Positions 45,662-56,216 of a DNA stretch of 56,983 nt are shown one piece after another. The number at the start of each line of letters is the position of its first letter. The stretch's first letter is position 1. Source of the stretch: a virus (Duplodnaviria > Caudoviricetes); IMG/VR virus record IMGVR_UViG_3300046007_005671, positions 1 to 56,983 of that record. One strand, 5' to 3'. Made by a program: the position numbers and the translations under genes. The notes beneath the pieces were generated by a model. It saw only the letters and a list, made by a program, of their open reading frames with translations, was not told where the DNA came from and did no database searches.

Positions 45662-46576
45662 TTAGACGCCAGCTGTGCCGAACAAGCTACGGGGATCAGT
45701 CCAGCCCACTTGATAACGCTCAGTTGCCTTGTAGCGCATCGAGTCAGTCTCGAAATCACCTTCCATGGTCTTCTCCAAAGCACGACGCATCAAGAGCTTC
45801 AAGCCCTCGGGAGCATCGGTCTGGACCCACCATGCGTTAGCATTGGTCAAACGGCTCAAGACTGCGGCACCTTCGTCCAACAAGCCGATAGACTTGACGG
45901 GGTTGATGTCGTTGTTCGTCGTGCCAGCGCGGAGCACTGACTTCAACAGAACTTCAGCTTGGAAGATGTTGCCGGGGGCGACCACCAACTGGCGGGGCAC
46001 CAAACGAATCTTCTTGCCGTTGTTATCCACTGCTTGGCGAATCTGGATCAACATCTGCTCAAGCGATGTCTGTGACAGATTGGCGGCTGTGGTCAACTGG
46101 TTAGAGAAAGTACCATTCACGATTGGGTGAGAGGTGTTGATAAGCGACACGCCGTCACCACCAACGTATGAACCGTTAAATGCGCGGTTCAAAACGTTAG
46201 CGGACAAAGTCTCTTTAGTCTCAATCAGCGATTGAGCCAAATGCTTAGCATACACCTGACCGATACGGATGTGGTCGCCGTCTTCCACCAACACTTTGGT
46301 CAATGCGAAGGCGAGGCCATACACATTGTACACATAGCGTTGCAAGAAGAGCACACCACCCTGTTGGTAGCTGACGGGAGTACCATCAGGCAACTGGGGA
46401 GCGGCACCAAAACCGTACAAGACGGGTTCTTCATGGTAGTTACGGGGAATGCCCTGTTCTTCACGGAAGACACGGGACCATTCATCTTTACGCTGTTCGT
46501 AGATACCGTCGAAGCATTCGTTCAGAATAGGTTCGACAATACTACGAAAGTCGGTACTGCGCATTGGAGCGGCCAT
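45662..46576 (-). CDS. Major capsid protein
   Basis: 304 aa; DGVSL....HP, P.QLVV, EGDFET...RYKATERY..GW.DPR...G motifs; strong RBS. Confidence 0.85.
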   Translation of the reverse strand: MAAPMRSTDFRSIVEPILNECFDGIYEQRKDEWSRVFREEQGIPRNYHEEPVLYGFGAAPQLPDGTPVSYQQGGVLFLQRYVYNVYGLAFALTKVLVEDGDHIRIGQVYAKHLAQSLIETKETLSANVLNRAFNGSYVGGDGVSLINTSHPIVNGTFSNQLTTAANLSQTSLEQMLIQIRQAVDNNGKKIRLVPRQLVVAPGNIFQAEVLLKSVLRAGTTNNDINPVKSIGLLDEGAAVLSRLTNANAWWVQTDAPEGLKLLMRRALEKTMEGDFETDSMRYKATERYQVGWTDPRSLFGTAGV

Positions 46577-46590
46577 GGTTCATGTCCTCC

Positions 46591-47163
46591 TTAAATAGCG
46601 TTAACGGACGCATTGAACTGCGACTCGTTAACTTGAACTTGTACAACTGTGTACGCATCTCCCCATGCGTTATCAACGCCGGGGGTCAAACCAATAATCT
46701 TCAATTGCGCAGAAGAACCAGCGGCAACAACCGAGGTGCTAATGGTGCACTGAGACAATCCAGTGGTCGTGGAACCTGCAGTCACATTACTAAAATCTGA
46801 CTGTGCACCCAACGTAGTTTGTGCCATCGAGCCATCGGCCTGAATGTCATAAACGATCGCGGGATCTTGGTAGTAATAAGCCACGAGCGAGCCAGTCACG
46901 TAGGCAGTATTGGCGGGCCAATAGTTGCTGATACGTGGACGGCCGGTGGTGTCGGTCCATTGAACGCCTGCGAAGGCACCCAAGAACGCGTCGCCAGCGG
47001 CGGCGGCTTGCAAAAGGCCGGTGGTAGCCAACTTGACGGGCTGGCCCTTCAAGATGTCGCTGGTATAACCAGACAGAATACCGTCAGTCAAAGCGACCGC
47101 ACGGTCCAAACCGGAAGGATGGAACGAGGGGCGCAAACCGAACGGTGCATTTGTTGAAGACAT
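46591..47163 (-). CDS. Putative capsid cement/minor head protein
   Basis: NAPFGLRP N-terminus; directly upstream of MCP. Confidence 0.6.
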   Translation of the reverse strand: MSSTNAPFGLRPSFHPSGLDRAVALTDGILSGYTSDILKGQPVKLATTGLLQAAAAGDAFLGAFAGVQWTDTTGRPRISNYWPANTAYVTGSLVAYYYQDPAIVYDIQADGSMAQTTLGAQSDFSNVTAGSTTTGLSQCTISTSVVAAGSSAQLKIIGLTPGVDNAWGDAYTVVQVQVNESQFNASVNAI

Positions 47164-47195
47164 ATTAGTCACTCCAAATCATAGTTCAGAATCCA

Positions 47196-47735
47196 TCACC
47201 GGAACACGGGGATGGGCATAGGTTTATCAAGTTCATTTATGCCTTCACCTTCTACCTGACCAAGACGCCTGCCATTACTGTCTCGTCCCATCGTCTGCTC
47301 AGCCTGAACGCGGATTTTGTCCGCTTCATCCTGAGGTGCGTGATGGTGCAACTCTGCCATGATATCCTGATATACTTCCTCAGGTAACTTGTAGAGCAAC
47401 ATTTCATTGCAAGCGACGAATCCAGTGTGCTCACCGGCTTTAACTTTGTAGTTCTCAAAGCCCGGAACATCTTCTACTTTTACTGGTTCGTAACCCATGC
47501 GCATGCGCTTGTGGATAGGGTCGTACCCATTGGTCGTCGAAAGCCAACATACATGAAATCCCGGAATATCCGGAGGTTTTGGAAGGGATTCTTGAATCCA
47601 TTCCGAACTGAACATCCTACGACGTTCTTGCGCGCTCGCCAGTTTCTCAGTCGCTGGACCGCGTTCACTATCCTGCTGTGCGCGGGATTCACGGCCACCA
47701 CCTGAAAGGTCTTTTTTCAATCGGTCATCTCTCAT
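47196..47735 (-). CDS. Head-region hypothetical protein
   Basis: PPDIPGFHVCW...GYEPV...MLLYKLPEE. Confidence 0.75.
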   Translation of the reverse strand: MRDDRLKKDLSGGGRESRAQQDSERGPATEKLASAQERRRMFSSEWIQESLPKPPDIPGFHVCWLSTTNGYDPIHKRMRMGYEPVKVEDVPGFENYKVKAGEHTGFVACNEMLLYKLPEEVYQDIMAELHHHAPQDEADKIRVQAEQTMGRDSNGRRLGQVEGEGINELDKPMPIPVFR

Positions 47736-47741
47736 AATCTG

Positions 47742-48737
47742 TTACCCCTTATTCACATTCATGCGGTCATATTCCGCGTATTTACGAATCATCTTGTTAC
47801 GCTCGGTGATGTTATCCCATCTCCCGGCGTCCTTGATGGCGCGGACTCGCTCAGGTGACAACCGGAACTCGTTTCCACGAGCTGTCGATTGTGATTCACG
47901 GCCTGAACTTGTTACCACGGTGCGAGGTCTCCGATTTGACGACTGATTGTCGTTGCCGCTATTATAACGGTGCGGCAGGTATTTTGTCAATCTATTATCT
48001 AATTCTTCCCAGTAATCGGCAGTCTTCGGATCCCATCCGTCGGCCACGAGAGCCTCGTCCACCTTAGTGGCGACTTGGGAGTCCATATCCTTGCCGTTTG
48101 GGTCGTACCAATCGTTCCGAGCCATCCAGTCCGAAGCGTGACGCTTGAGGAGAGGGTCCGGAGCTTGGGGTACGGAATTACGGTTGGGTTCTGAGGCCAC
48201 GGCACGCTTCTTGAGCGATTCGAGAGCCTCCACTTGGCGGCGGGCTTCATACCACGCCTCCTGCGCCTCGACGACGGAAGTGCCGTCGGCCATCTCGGTG
48301 GCCTCTTTCACCTTCATCTTGGCGTACTGAAGTCGCAAATTACCGTCTTCGATCGCCTTGTCCAGTCGAGCGAGGTCCGAACCGGCCGTGCGCTTTTCCA
48401 GAACCGCAAGGCGTTCAGCCATGTGGTCATTCTGACGTTTCAGCGAGGTGATCAGGTGGTTGGACTCACTTGCCTTGGCCTTCTGAAGCTTCTTCTTGAG
48501 CTGTCGCTCCTCGCGACGGGCCAGTCGAATAGCTTCGCGCTCGGGATCAGCGTGAGGTATATTATCGGCGGGATTATCATCATCGTCGCCATCATCCGAA
48601 TCTACTCGGCCACCAGTCCGGAGACCGTCGCCGCTATTTTCGGGGGTATTTGGTGCCTCGCCATCGGGTAAAGACACCACTGCGGACCCATCGGGTTCTT
48701 CCGCGAGTTGCAAATCGAGTTTGTCGTTCGAGGTCAT
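47742..48737 (-). CDS. Putative scaffolding protein
   Basis: Acidic N-terminus, coiled coil, W..RN.W motif; between portal and MCP. Confidence 0.6.
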   Translation of the reverse strand: MTSNDKLDLQLAEEPDGSAVVSLPDGEAPNTPENSGDGLRTGGRVDSDDGDDDDNPADNIPHADPEREAIRLARREERQLKKKLQKAKASESNHLITSLKRQNDHMAERLAVLEKRTAGSDLARLDKAIEDGNLRLQYAKMKVKEATEMADGTSVVEAQEAWYEARRQVEALESLKKRAVASEPNRNSVPQAPDPLLKRHASDWMARNDWYDPNGKDMDSQVATKVDEALVADGWDPKTADYWEELDNRLTKYLPHRYNSGNDNQSSNRRPRTVVTSSGRESQSTARGNEFRLSPERVRAIKDAGRWDNITERNKMIRKYAEYDRMNVNKG

Positions 48738-49168
48738 AGGAAAGCCTTTACTTTCAAGGGGTCACCAGTAACTTTTGCAATTACTTCGTGATCATTAAAC
48801 ACACTGAAAAGTGCGGTCTCGCCTATCGTTGGGTCCCCGTAAGGTACTTCCCAGCGATCGCCGCCCCACTTTGGCATGCGAACATAGTCGCCGACATCGA
48901 TCCAGTTGCCCTCGGGCCACGATTCGAGTGTATCGCGTTTCTTGAAAGCCAGTGGACCCACCGCAATGACTTTCGCCACTTGGTTATTCCACTTCTCTGT
49001 TTCCTTCGTCTCTTCGACGAGTACAATTCCTGACGATGTAACGGTCTTCTTGGCGGCTCTCCACTGCACAAGAATACGCCCACCTACAGGCAAAGCACCG
49101 GGGTCTACTGCGGGAAATGCTTCCTGCAACGCGGCTTCATGCGAAGCCACCGGTTGAGTATCACTCAT
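48734..49168 (-). CDS. groES: GroES-like co-chaperonin
   Basis: PVGGRILV, TSSGIVL, KVIAVGP, VGDYV, NDHEVIA. Confidence 0.85.
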   Translation of the reverse strand: MSDTQPVASHEAALQEAFPAVDPGALPVGGRILVQWRAAKKTVTSSGIVLVEETKETEKWNNQVAKVIAVGPLAFKKRDTLESWPEGNWIDVGDYVRMPKWGGDRWEVPYGDPTIGETALFSVFNDHEVIAKVTGDPLKVKAFL

Positions 49169-49346
49169 TATCATCTTCCTCTTTTAAAAGGTCGTTTAAA
49201 ATTACCAGAGCTTCTTCAAGCCCTTGGTGCTGGCCAACTAAGCGTTGGTAGGCCTCAAAGGTGACGGCATTGCCGTTCACCAATGACTGCGCGATCGCCG
49301 ATTTGCGGACCTCAATAGCACCAATGAGGTCACTGACGTATCGCAT
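49161..49346 (-). CDS. Hypothetical protein
   Basis: 61 aa, YQRLVG...GL; operon packing. Confidence 0.7.
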   Translation of the reverse strand: MRYVSDLIGAIEVRKSAIAQSLVNGNAVTFEAYQRLVGQHQGLEEALVILNDLLKEEDDNE

Positions 49347-49513
49347 TATTTCTTTTTAGCTTGCGCTAGTGCCCCACCACCACGCTTGGGCGCACTGGGC
49401 GTCTTCGCGGGTTCTTTTGCACCAAGCGAGGAGCCGTCGAGCTTCGCGCCCATGGCTATCCGCTTGTGGTAAGGTACATCTTGGCCCATTTGGGCAGAGT
49501 CGTTGGTAGCCAT
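49346..49513 (-). CDS. Small basic protein (55 aa)
   Basis: Manual translation MATNDSAQMGQDVPYHKRIAMG...; AGGAG RBS, TAATG overlap. Confidence 0.6.
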   Translation of the reverse strand: MATNDSAQMGQDVPYHKRIAMGAKLDGSSLGAKEPAKTPSAPKRGGGALAQAKKK

Positions 49514-49514
49514 A

Positions 49515-52013
49515 TTACACTCCTAAAGTTCGTTGTGCGCTCTCTTGCGCGGCCAATGCAGTCTGCTCCTGCTCGCTCTTCAGAACTGCCGCGTCTTGCG
49601 TCAATTCTGCAGTCTTGATCCGTTCTTCGGTCAAGTTGTCCGATGCGTTCAGCGCGATCTTGATCTGCTGTTCGCGGTTTTTGCTCAGTGCGTCGTTCTT
49701 CAGACGCTCTGCTTGTAACTGTAACTCCACTGCGTCGCGCTCTGCACGTCGCTTGGTCTCGGCCATCGATGTCTGCAGGATCACCTGATCCGAGCCGTCC
49801 ATCTGTGGCTTCGGCTTGAGCTTCTGCACAGTCTCTAAGATCTGTTGCATCGCGGGCATGACCTTCGCGAACGCATCTTTTGCGTCCATCTGTGTGTGCT
49901 GGGACGCCAACGCGTACAGCTTGTCGATCTCGCCGGTGATTCCCGCAATGTCGTAATCCTTTACGGGACGTCCGAGCGACTCCTCGACATAGCCGTTCAT
50001 ATGGCCGAGATACCAGAGCATCAAGTGTTGCTTGAAATGCTCGAGGAATGCGGGCAAGAATGCTGGCGCGATAATCGGGTTGGACCCCAGCATAGGGTTC
50101 AGCGCAAAATCGAGGTGGCTCTGAATATGCGCCAACTGGTTCTGGTGCGGGTAAGCAAACGCGGCACGACCAATCGACATCGCCGCATTCTCTTCTGCCG
50201 CATTGATTTCCATCGGCTCGGCCGTCGCGGGCATCAGCTCCTGCACGTTCGGTATCTTCATCTGCTTCAGCGCACGCTGGATGACGGCACGACGATCGAA
50301 AAGATCGGGGTACTTGTCCATGTAGGCCATCACCGCTTGGGTCTGAGCCATCCGCTGAGTCTCGGAGAAGATGTGCGGATCGCTCACCGGAATCACGTCG
50401 GTATTCCGATTAAAATCTTCGCGGCGGATGTCCAGCTCTTGGACCACATCGCCCATTCGCATTTCGTCCAGATACCAGCGATTAATACGCTGAAGTACCT
50501 TCAACACTCGCGATTGAGAGTCGTGAAGTCGTGCGTGAATCGCTGAGAATACCTTCGAACCCTGCTCGATCAACGCTTGAGTCGTTCCGACTGGCGTGTT
50601 GGCATTCATCTCCGCGATTTTCTCCTCGGAAGTGGTCACCACACCCTTAGCCGCGTCCGTCAGGAACCCGACGAGCTTGAACAACACCTCGCTCGGTGGG
50701 TTGAAAGGCATCGGCATTGCGATCTTGCGAATGTCGTCAACGCCCGGAGCACCTTCGATCTCGGTGATTTGCGTCACCTCGACATTCTGCGACTGTCCGG
50801 AGATCTTCGCGCCCTTGATCTTGAGCATTGTGGCGGCGTTGTTAATGTGCGCAGTGTCCAGCAATGCACGCAGACCGCCAGTGATAGCGGCAGAGAGGCC
50901 ACCGATAAGTTGCGGCAGTCCGATCGCGTATGCACCACGCCACGGGATGAACTTGAACTCGATCATCCAGTCGAGCTTCGCCATCGCTTCGTCGCCTTGC
51001 TCCCAGTTCCGGTACATGCCGACGACTTCCGTATTGTTCTCGTCGATCATCAAAATGTAGGGAGCCAATTCGCCTTTCGAGTGCGAATCGTCCTCTTCGG
51101 CGATGTACGCATATATGTGGTACACGCGACGCAGTCCATCGGTGTCGTCACTCCACTGCTTACCCTCGATCTTGTTATTCGCCTTCTCGGGAGAGGATGG
51201 TTCCGGCTCCATCACGGCGCGAGTGAACGTCACATCGCGGTACAGACCCGACGCCATCCGCGACTCGAATTCCTGCTGGGTGATGTCCTGCACCTCAGTC
51301 ACACGTTGCGCGGTGTAGAAATTCGCGGCGGAGAAAGGCAACAGGATGTTGTCGATCGATACGAACTCTGCGCAAGGACGTTTTTTGCGGTCGTCGTACC
51401 AGAGCTTCAGGAACTGCGAGCCGCCCAGTGGTAACTGCGTGAGCATCTGCTCCTGCTCATCGCGGAACTCCTCGATCTGCTCAGTCAACTGCCAGTTCAT
51501 GAAGTCGCGTTTGCGTTCGGCCCGCTTCGTTTCCTCTTCGGTGACTTTGCCCAAAATGTGCGTACGCACTGGGCCATCCGGTGGGAACAGCTCTTTAATG
51601 GCACGCGATTCGAAATCGATACAGGCTTCGGCCATCACAGGGTGCACGACTTTGCTGGCACCTTGGAACTGCGCACCACCGGGAGCGTCGTGCCCGAGTC
51701 CTGTGCGCTTCAGTCCCTCTTCGTACTGCTTGTCCCGCTCTTTGCGTGCCTCTTTGTCCTTCTCGATCAGGTCAAGGTAGTGCATCGCGAGCTTGTCCAG
51801 CTTCCACGAATCAATCTCGTCGGCCATGTTCGCGTAGAAGTCTTGATCCTCGCCCGGACCCTTGAATTCGTCCATCCGCACGATAGCTGAACCGTCCGGT
51901 TGTTCTTCCACTTCCGCAAACGGGTCCTCCATGTCGAGGTCGAACACCATACCCGCCGTGTCCTCAGGACCTTCGGGTGCTTCCATTTGCGGTTGTGGGA
52001 ATTCAGTTGCCAT
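49515..52013 (-). CDS. Portal protein
   Basis: 832 aa; HPVMAEA, ELFP..GPV, LPL.GS.F.K, PVGTT.ALIE, PVSDP motifs. Confidence 0.85.
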   Translation of the reverse strand: MATEFPQPQMEAPEGPEDTAGMVFDLDMEDPFAEVEEQPDGSAIVRMDEFKGPGEDQDFYANMADEIDSWKLDKLAMHYLDLIEKDKEARKERDKQYEEGLKRTGLGHDAPGGAQFQGASKVVHPVMAEACIDFESRAIKELFPPDGPVRTHILGKVTEEETKRAERKRDFMNWQLTEQIEEFRDEQEQMLTQLPLGGSQFLKLWYDDRKKRPCAEFVSIDNILLPFSAANFYTAQRVTEVQDITQQEFESRMASGLYRDVTFTRAVMEPEPSSPEKANNKIEGKQWSDDTDGLRRVYHIYAYIAEEDDSHSKGELAPYILMIDENNTEVVGMYRNWEQGDEAMAKLDWMIEFKFIPWRGAYAIGLPQLIGGLSAAITGGLRALLDTAHINNAATMLKIKGAKISGQSQNVEVTQITEIEGAPGVDDIRKIAMPMPFNPPSEVLFKLVGFLTDAAKGVVTTSEEKIAEMNANTPVGTTQALIEQGSKVFSAIHARLHDSQSRVLKVLQRINRWYLDEMRMGDVVQELDIRREDFNRNTDVIPVSDPHIFSETQRMAQTQAVMAYMDKYPDLFDRRAVIQRALKQMKIPNVQELMPATAEPMEINAAEENAAMSIGRAAFAYPHQNQLAHIQSHLDFALNPMLGSNPIIAPAFLPAFLEHFKQHLMLWYLGHMNGYVEESLGRPVKDYDIAGITGEIDKLYALASQHTQMDAKDAFAKVMPAMQQILETVQKLKPKPQMDGSDQVILQTSMAETKRRAERDAVELQLQAERLKNDALSKNREQQIKIALNASDNLTEERIKTAELTQDAAVLKSEQEQTALAAQESAQRTLGV

Positions 52014-52049
52014 TATCAGCCTTTAATATGTGCGATTTTAACACAGCTT

Positions 52050-54140
52050 TTAATCCCCGCCAAATCCTGCGTTGATGTTATCTATCTTACGCTGGTAATA
52101 CTGAGGCAGTTGATCGTAGTTGATTTCGCCCCGCATGAACTTATCAATCCACTTCTGCTTTAACCCGAGATTTGTCGCCTCTTCAGCCGACAGCATCGAA
52201 ATATCCTTCGCGGCCTCGATCATTCCTCTGTACGCGTCGGGATCCGCAGTTCGCAATTGACGCAACTCGGGTCTAAGCTTAATCGGGTGCACGTGGTCGT
52301 ATATGCCCTCGCCAAGATCAGCGATTTCACGCAATGCACCCGACGGGGTTTTCAATGTGGGTAAATCGCCTGCAAGGTAACCGGATGGATCATATACAGT
52401 GTCGATCATCCGATTAAGAGAGTACATATTGGTATCGGGCTTTTCCTTGGCGAACAACTTGATGATGTCCTCTTCGGATTTGCCTTGCTTTAGCATACTC
52501 ATGATCATCGCATATGGATTCGAAAACGCTGGCGCGGCGGCCGGTGCTACGGACTCAGCGACTTTGGCTACATTGCCCAAAGAACTCAAGCCGCCAAGAT
52601 CGGGCATCACACCACGCAACGCCTGTCCCGCCGCTGATTGCAAGACTTCACGCCGAGTCATAGGCGTTTCGCTAAGCGATTTGAGCGTAGACTTTGCCGC
52701 ACCCTTGCCGGGGTCGATAGTCACGGATTTCTCAATGATGGTCGGTGCGCCCTTTAACTCGGACTGCATTTTCTCCAGTGCCTTGGTATCGAGCTTGGCC
52801 AGTGGGAAATCCGACGCCTTACCGAGGCCGAGAAATCCACGGCGTGCGAGGTCCGGCTTGTCGGCTACCTTGGTGCCTTTTTGTGCCATCTCCGCCATCA
52901 TCTGGTCGAGCGTCTTTTTCACGCCGCCGCCTTTGTTGTAGGGCTGTGGGTCGGGAATGAATCGCCCACCGTCCTGCATATCGGGAATCGAGAAATCGAT
53001 CGCACCACCATTGGCGTACTTACGCAGTGGGTTCAGCTTCGGGAAATTCTTACCCACAGTCGGGTAATTCTTGCCGAGCCAATTGCCCCGCATAGCGAAC
53101 GCACGATCGAACACATCGGGGTACTTTTTCATCAGATCTTGGAACTCTTTAGTATCGTTCGCAGGTCCAATGCCGAAGCCCCGCGCAGTCTCCGCCGCGA
53201 GTCGTTCGATAGGCGACAATAATTCGGAGCCGTACTCCGCCTGATTCACACCCATCGGCCGAGTCGGATCTTTAGACAGTGCGTTCTGGTAATTCTCAAT
53301 GGTCATGCCGTAGAAGTTAGCGCGGCCTGTTAAATCGTTACCCGCATCTTTGCCGACTCGATACGTGGGGTTCGCCGCACCAATGTACTCCTCGAATGTA
53401 TCGAAATTGATTGGATCGACGTACCCGGGCCGGGATTTTTGCCACGTCTCCAACGCATTTGCGCGGTCCGCAGGACTCATCGCGTTCAACGACTCGGTCG
53501 TGGGCTGGGAAGTGAGCCAATCGAGCTTCTCTTTAGATGGTTGTTCAGCATAAGGACTAAAATACATTTCTCCTTGAGGAGTCATAATGCGTGACCCACC
53601 CGCCGCGTCGTAGTTCAAGCCCTCGTAGTCCGTGTGTGGCTGACCCCGCGCATTCTGGAACTCGGACAGGCCTACAAATGAATGGTCAATCGGACGGCCA
53701 TCAACGGTGAATTTCGCCCCAGTGCCTACGAATCCACCATTCGCGAATTTCTTTTTCTTCGGCGCGGCACTCATGTACTGCTGAGCCGACATTGGTGCCT
53801 CTTCGAAATCCCGGCGTCGCGTAGCAGTCGTCGCACTGAACGGATTGCGCGATTGCTTCAGCATCTCATCAATCAGCATCTGCCGAATCTTCGGGTCGGG
53901 GTACTGCATTTCGAAGTCCATCTGCGCACGGCGATTGGACTCCGCCGGATCAATAGTCGGTGCGGCTGGCGCGGCGGCTGGTCCACGACGTCTAGCCAGC
54001 TCCGCGTCGTTGTCAGCGTTCAATTCACCGGAACGAAACATCATGCCCAACGGCACTGAATTGCGAATACCGGCCAACAGTGTGGCCGCATCGATCGGGT
54101 CCAAGCCCTGCAGGAAGTCGTCAATCGGGTTACTGGGCAT
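52050..54140 (-). CDS. Mosaic hypothetical protein with FANGG/YANGG/YNKGG motifs
   Basis: Long ORF between terL and portal; start reassigned to MPSNP. Confidence 0.7.
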   Translation of the reverse strand: MPSNPIDDFLQGLDPIDAATLLAGIRNSVPLGMMFRSGELNADNDAELARRRGPAAAPAAPTIDPAESNRRAQMDFEMQYPDPKIRQMLIDEMLKQSRNPFSATTATRRRDFEEAPMSAQQYMSAAPKKKKFANGGFVGTGAKFTVDGRPIDHSFVGLSEFQNARGQPHTDYEGLNYDAAGGSRIMTPQGEMYFSPYAEQPSKEKLDWLTSQPTTESLNAMSPADRANALETWQKSRPGYVDPINFDTFEEYIGAANPTYRVGKDAGNDLTGRANFYGMTIENYQNALSKDPTRPMGVNQAEYGSELLSPIERLAAETARGFGIGPANDTKEFQDLMKKYPDVFDRAFAMRGNWLGKNYPTVGKNFPKLNPLRKYANGGAIDFSIPDMQDGGRFIPDPQPYNKGGGVKKTLDQMMAEMAQKGTKVADKPDLARRGFLGLGKASDFPLAKLDTKALEKMQSELKGAPTIIEKSVTIDPGKGAAKSTLKSLSETPMTRREVLQSAAGQALRGVMPDLGGLSSLGNVAKVAESVAPAAAPAFSNPYAMIMSMLKQGKSEEDIIKLFAKEKPDTNMYSLNRMIDTVYDPSGYLAGDLPTLKTPSGALREIADLGEGIYDHVHPIKLRPELRQLRTADPDAYRGMIEAAKDISMLSAEEATNLGLKQKWIDKFMRGEINYDQLPQYYQRKIDNINAGFGGD

Positions 54141-55566
54141 AAGGGTTCCCTCGGTTCGGTCTGTATTCATCGTCCACGTAATCGTTGTCCGGTGGGATCG
54201 GATCGATTTGCAGGAACGACATGTCTTTTAGCAATCGCAGTGCTTGGGACAGCGTGTCGGTCAGGTCGTCCCGATCTGCCTCGGGGAACGAGCACACTTG
54301 GGAGACCAGCGGCTCTGCCCAATCGCGCGGTTGGCCCGGATGGACGAGCGATTCGGGAATGTAGACGCGGCCGTGTGCGATGATGTTGGCCACCAGATGC
54401 AAACGCTGTACTTTGTCGGCGCGGCCCGGGTTGTAGGCGCGGCACGGCACTCCAGCACGCTGTAAGTCCTGCAAAATGCTGATGCCCGACGCCTTGTCCT
54501 CGACGAGCACGAGGTCCACCTTTTTGCCGGGGTCGCCGTAGATCGAGCCGTACTCGTCAATGATCTTGGGCCGCAGGTCCGGGTACGCGAGGAAGTCCTC
54601 CCAGCAGTCGATGAGCATTGCGCAAAGCCCGCTGTCCTCATTCGGCCGAAAGATGCCCCACACACTACACGCGGTCGGATCGTTTTGCGTCTTCTCAGTG
54701 TACGCGCAGTCGTAGGACTGGAGCACATAGAGGAAATCGGGCAGTGGCTTGCTCGCGTCCCACAGCTTGAACCACTCGCGCTTGACGATGCCGTAATCTT
54801 CGGGGTCGATGACCTCCGCGTACAGCTCCTGCCGCCCGATGCGTGTACCCTCGTACTGCGACACGATTTCGTCACGAAACGTGGGTGCGAGGTTATTGAA
54901 ATTCTCATGCGTCGTGCCCGTGGTGACGATGACACGCTCCTCACTAATCAGGCGACGGACGATCGGGATGGGCTTTGGTGTCGTAGTGATGCAAACGCGA
55001 GGCTTTTGCCCCAGTCGCAGACCGAACATCAGGTTGGACCACATGTCCTCCGCATTGCGGAATTTCGCCAGTTCGTCCACCCAAGCCAAATCGTGTTGTG
55101 GTCCGCGCAGTGTCTCGGGGTCGTTGTCCGAGTAGATCGTGGCAATCGCGCCATTGGGCCACTCGAGCCGCCGCTTCGATGGGACGAACACCGGCTTGCA
55201 TTTGGGGTGCGAGATGGCCAAAATGCCGGATTCGCCCTCGACCATCACGTCGCGTGCGTCGCCCGCGTCTTCGGCAATGAGTGCAATGCGGCCAGCCAGT
55301 CCGTTCTCAGCGTGATAACGCACGAATTCGGCACCACAGCGGGTTTTGCCCCAGCCACGTCCAGCGAGGATCATCCAAATGGTCCAGTCGTCACCCGGCG
55401 GGATCGTCTGGTTGTGCCTCGCCCACGTGGGCCAGTCGTAAAAAAGCTCGAGTGCTTCGCGGTCCGACAACTCGTCCACGAACTCGTGCCAGTTCGCCGA
55501 ATCGACGATAGTCGACTTTTTACTCCGCCTTTGAGCGCGAGTTAAGACGTTGGGCAAGGCGATCAC
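54130..55566 (-). CDS. terL: Terminase large subunit
   Basis: GRGWGKT Walker A, LRGPQ, WVDE Walker B, TTTP, EDKASG, DDLTD nuclease. Confidence 0.95.
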   Translation of the reverse strand: MIALPNVLTRAQRRSKKSTIVDSANWHEFVDELSDREALELFYDWPTWARHNQTIPPGDDWTIWMILAGRGWGKTRCGAEFVRYHAENGLAGRIALIAEDAGDARDVMVEGESGILAISHPKCKPVFVPSKRRLEWPNGAIATIYSDNDPETLRGPQHDLAWVDELAKFRNAEDMWSNLMFGLRLGQKPRVCITTTPKPIPIVRRLISEERVIVTTGTTHENFNNLAPTFRDEIVSQYEGTRIGRQELYAEVIDPEDYGIVKREWFKLWDASKPLPDFLYVLQSYDCAYTEKTQNDPTACSVWGIFRPNEDSGLCAMLIDCWEDFLAYPDLRPKIIDEYGSIYGDPGKKVDLVLVEDKASGISILQDLQRAGVPCRAYNPGRADKVQRLHLVANIIAHGRVYIPESLVHPGQPRDWAEPLVSQVCSFPEADRDDLTDTLSQALRLLKDMSFLQIDPIPPDNDYVDDEYRPNRGNPYAQ

Positions 55567-56179
55567 GGAGACCTTCGATGTTGATGTTCGAGTCCAGCTG
55601 GCCCGACACGTTCATATTGACGTCTTTCGAGCGGAATTTCGCGTCGTACCCCATGAGGGTGAACTGGAGCAGTGAATCACTGAACTTTTTCACAGTGTCG
55701 CCCGTCTTGACGCCCTGATGCACGATCGGCTCGTCGTGTCCCACCACTGAGCGACGATAAGCTTCGGCACGCATGGTATCGACCATTTCTTCCTGAATGC
55801 TGTCCATGATGCCGTCGAACAGCTTGTGGTCACCGCGCCAGCCGATCAGCGTTTGCCGGTGGATGCCCGCCGTGTTGTACGCATGGCGCAGAGAGAAACG
55901 CGATTCGGGTGGACCATCACGGAATTCGGCGATGATCTGGAGCATTTTGTATGCCCGCGTTTCTTCAAGCAATGCGAGATCGCCTATCGCCACGATGCTC
56001 GGGTCGTTGCACGTGGGAGAGTGAGCCAAGCGGCACGAATCACTCGGTGGATGTCGCACGCGGTCACGGACGATAGCGTCCAGCAGTGTTTGCACAGAGA
56101 TCCCAGCACGACGCTCGTATTCGGCGATCGTTTCGGGTCCGATGTCTTTCAACAGTTTGCGTTCGTCAGGTAAGGCCAT
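55520..56179 (-). CDS. terS: Terminase small subunit (putative)
   Basis: HTH-like region, EAYRR...G, KKFSDSLL.F.L motif; upstream of terL; start reassigned to MALPD. Confidence 0.7.
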   Translation of the reverse strand: MALPDERKLLKDIGPETIAEYERRAGISVQTLLDAIVRDRVRHPPSDSCRLAHSPTCNDPSIVAIGDLALLEETRAYKMLQIIAEFRDGPPESRFSLRHAYNTAGIHRQTLIGWRGDHKLFDGIMDSIQEEMVDTMRAEAYRRSVVGHDEPIVHQGVKTGDTVKKFSDSLLQFTLMGYDAKFRSKDVNMNVSGQLDSNINIEGLRDRLAQRLNSRSKAE

Positions 56180-56183
56180 GAAG

Positions 56184-56216
56184 CGAATTAAACCACAAAT
56201 GCCACACGGCACACAA
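56184..56216 (-). promoter_or_regulatory. Putative promoter TTGTGT-18-TTTAAT (GTGGTTTAATTCG box), possibly leaderless
   Basis: 13-mer identical to 56662-56674; ATG lies 7 nt after -10. Confidence 0.45.
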
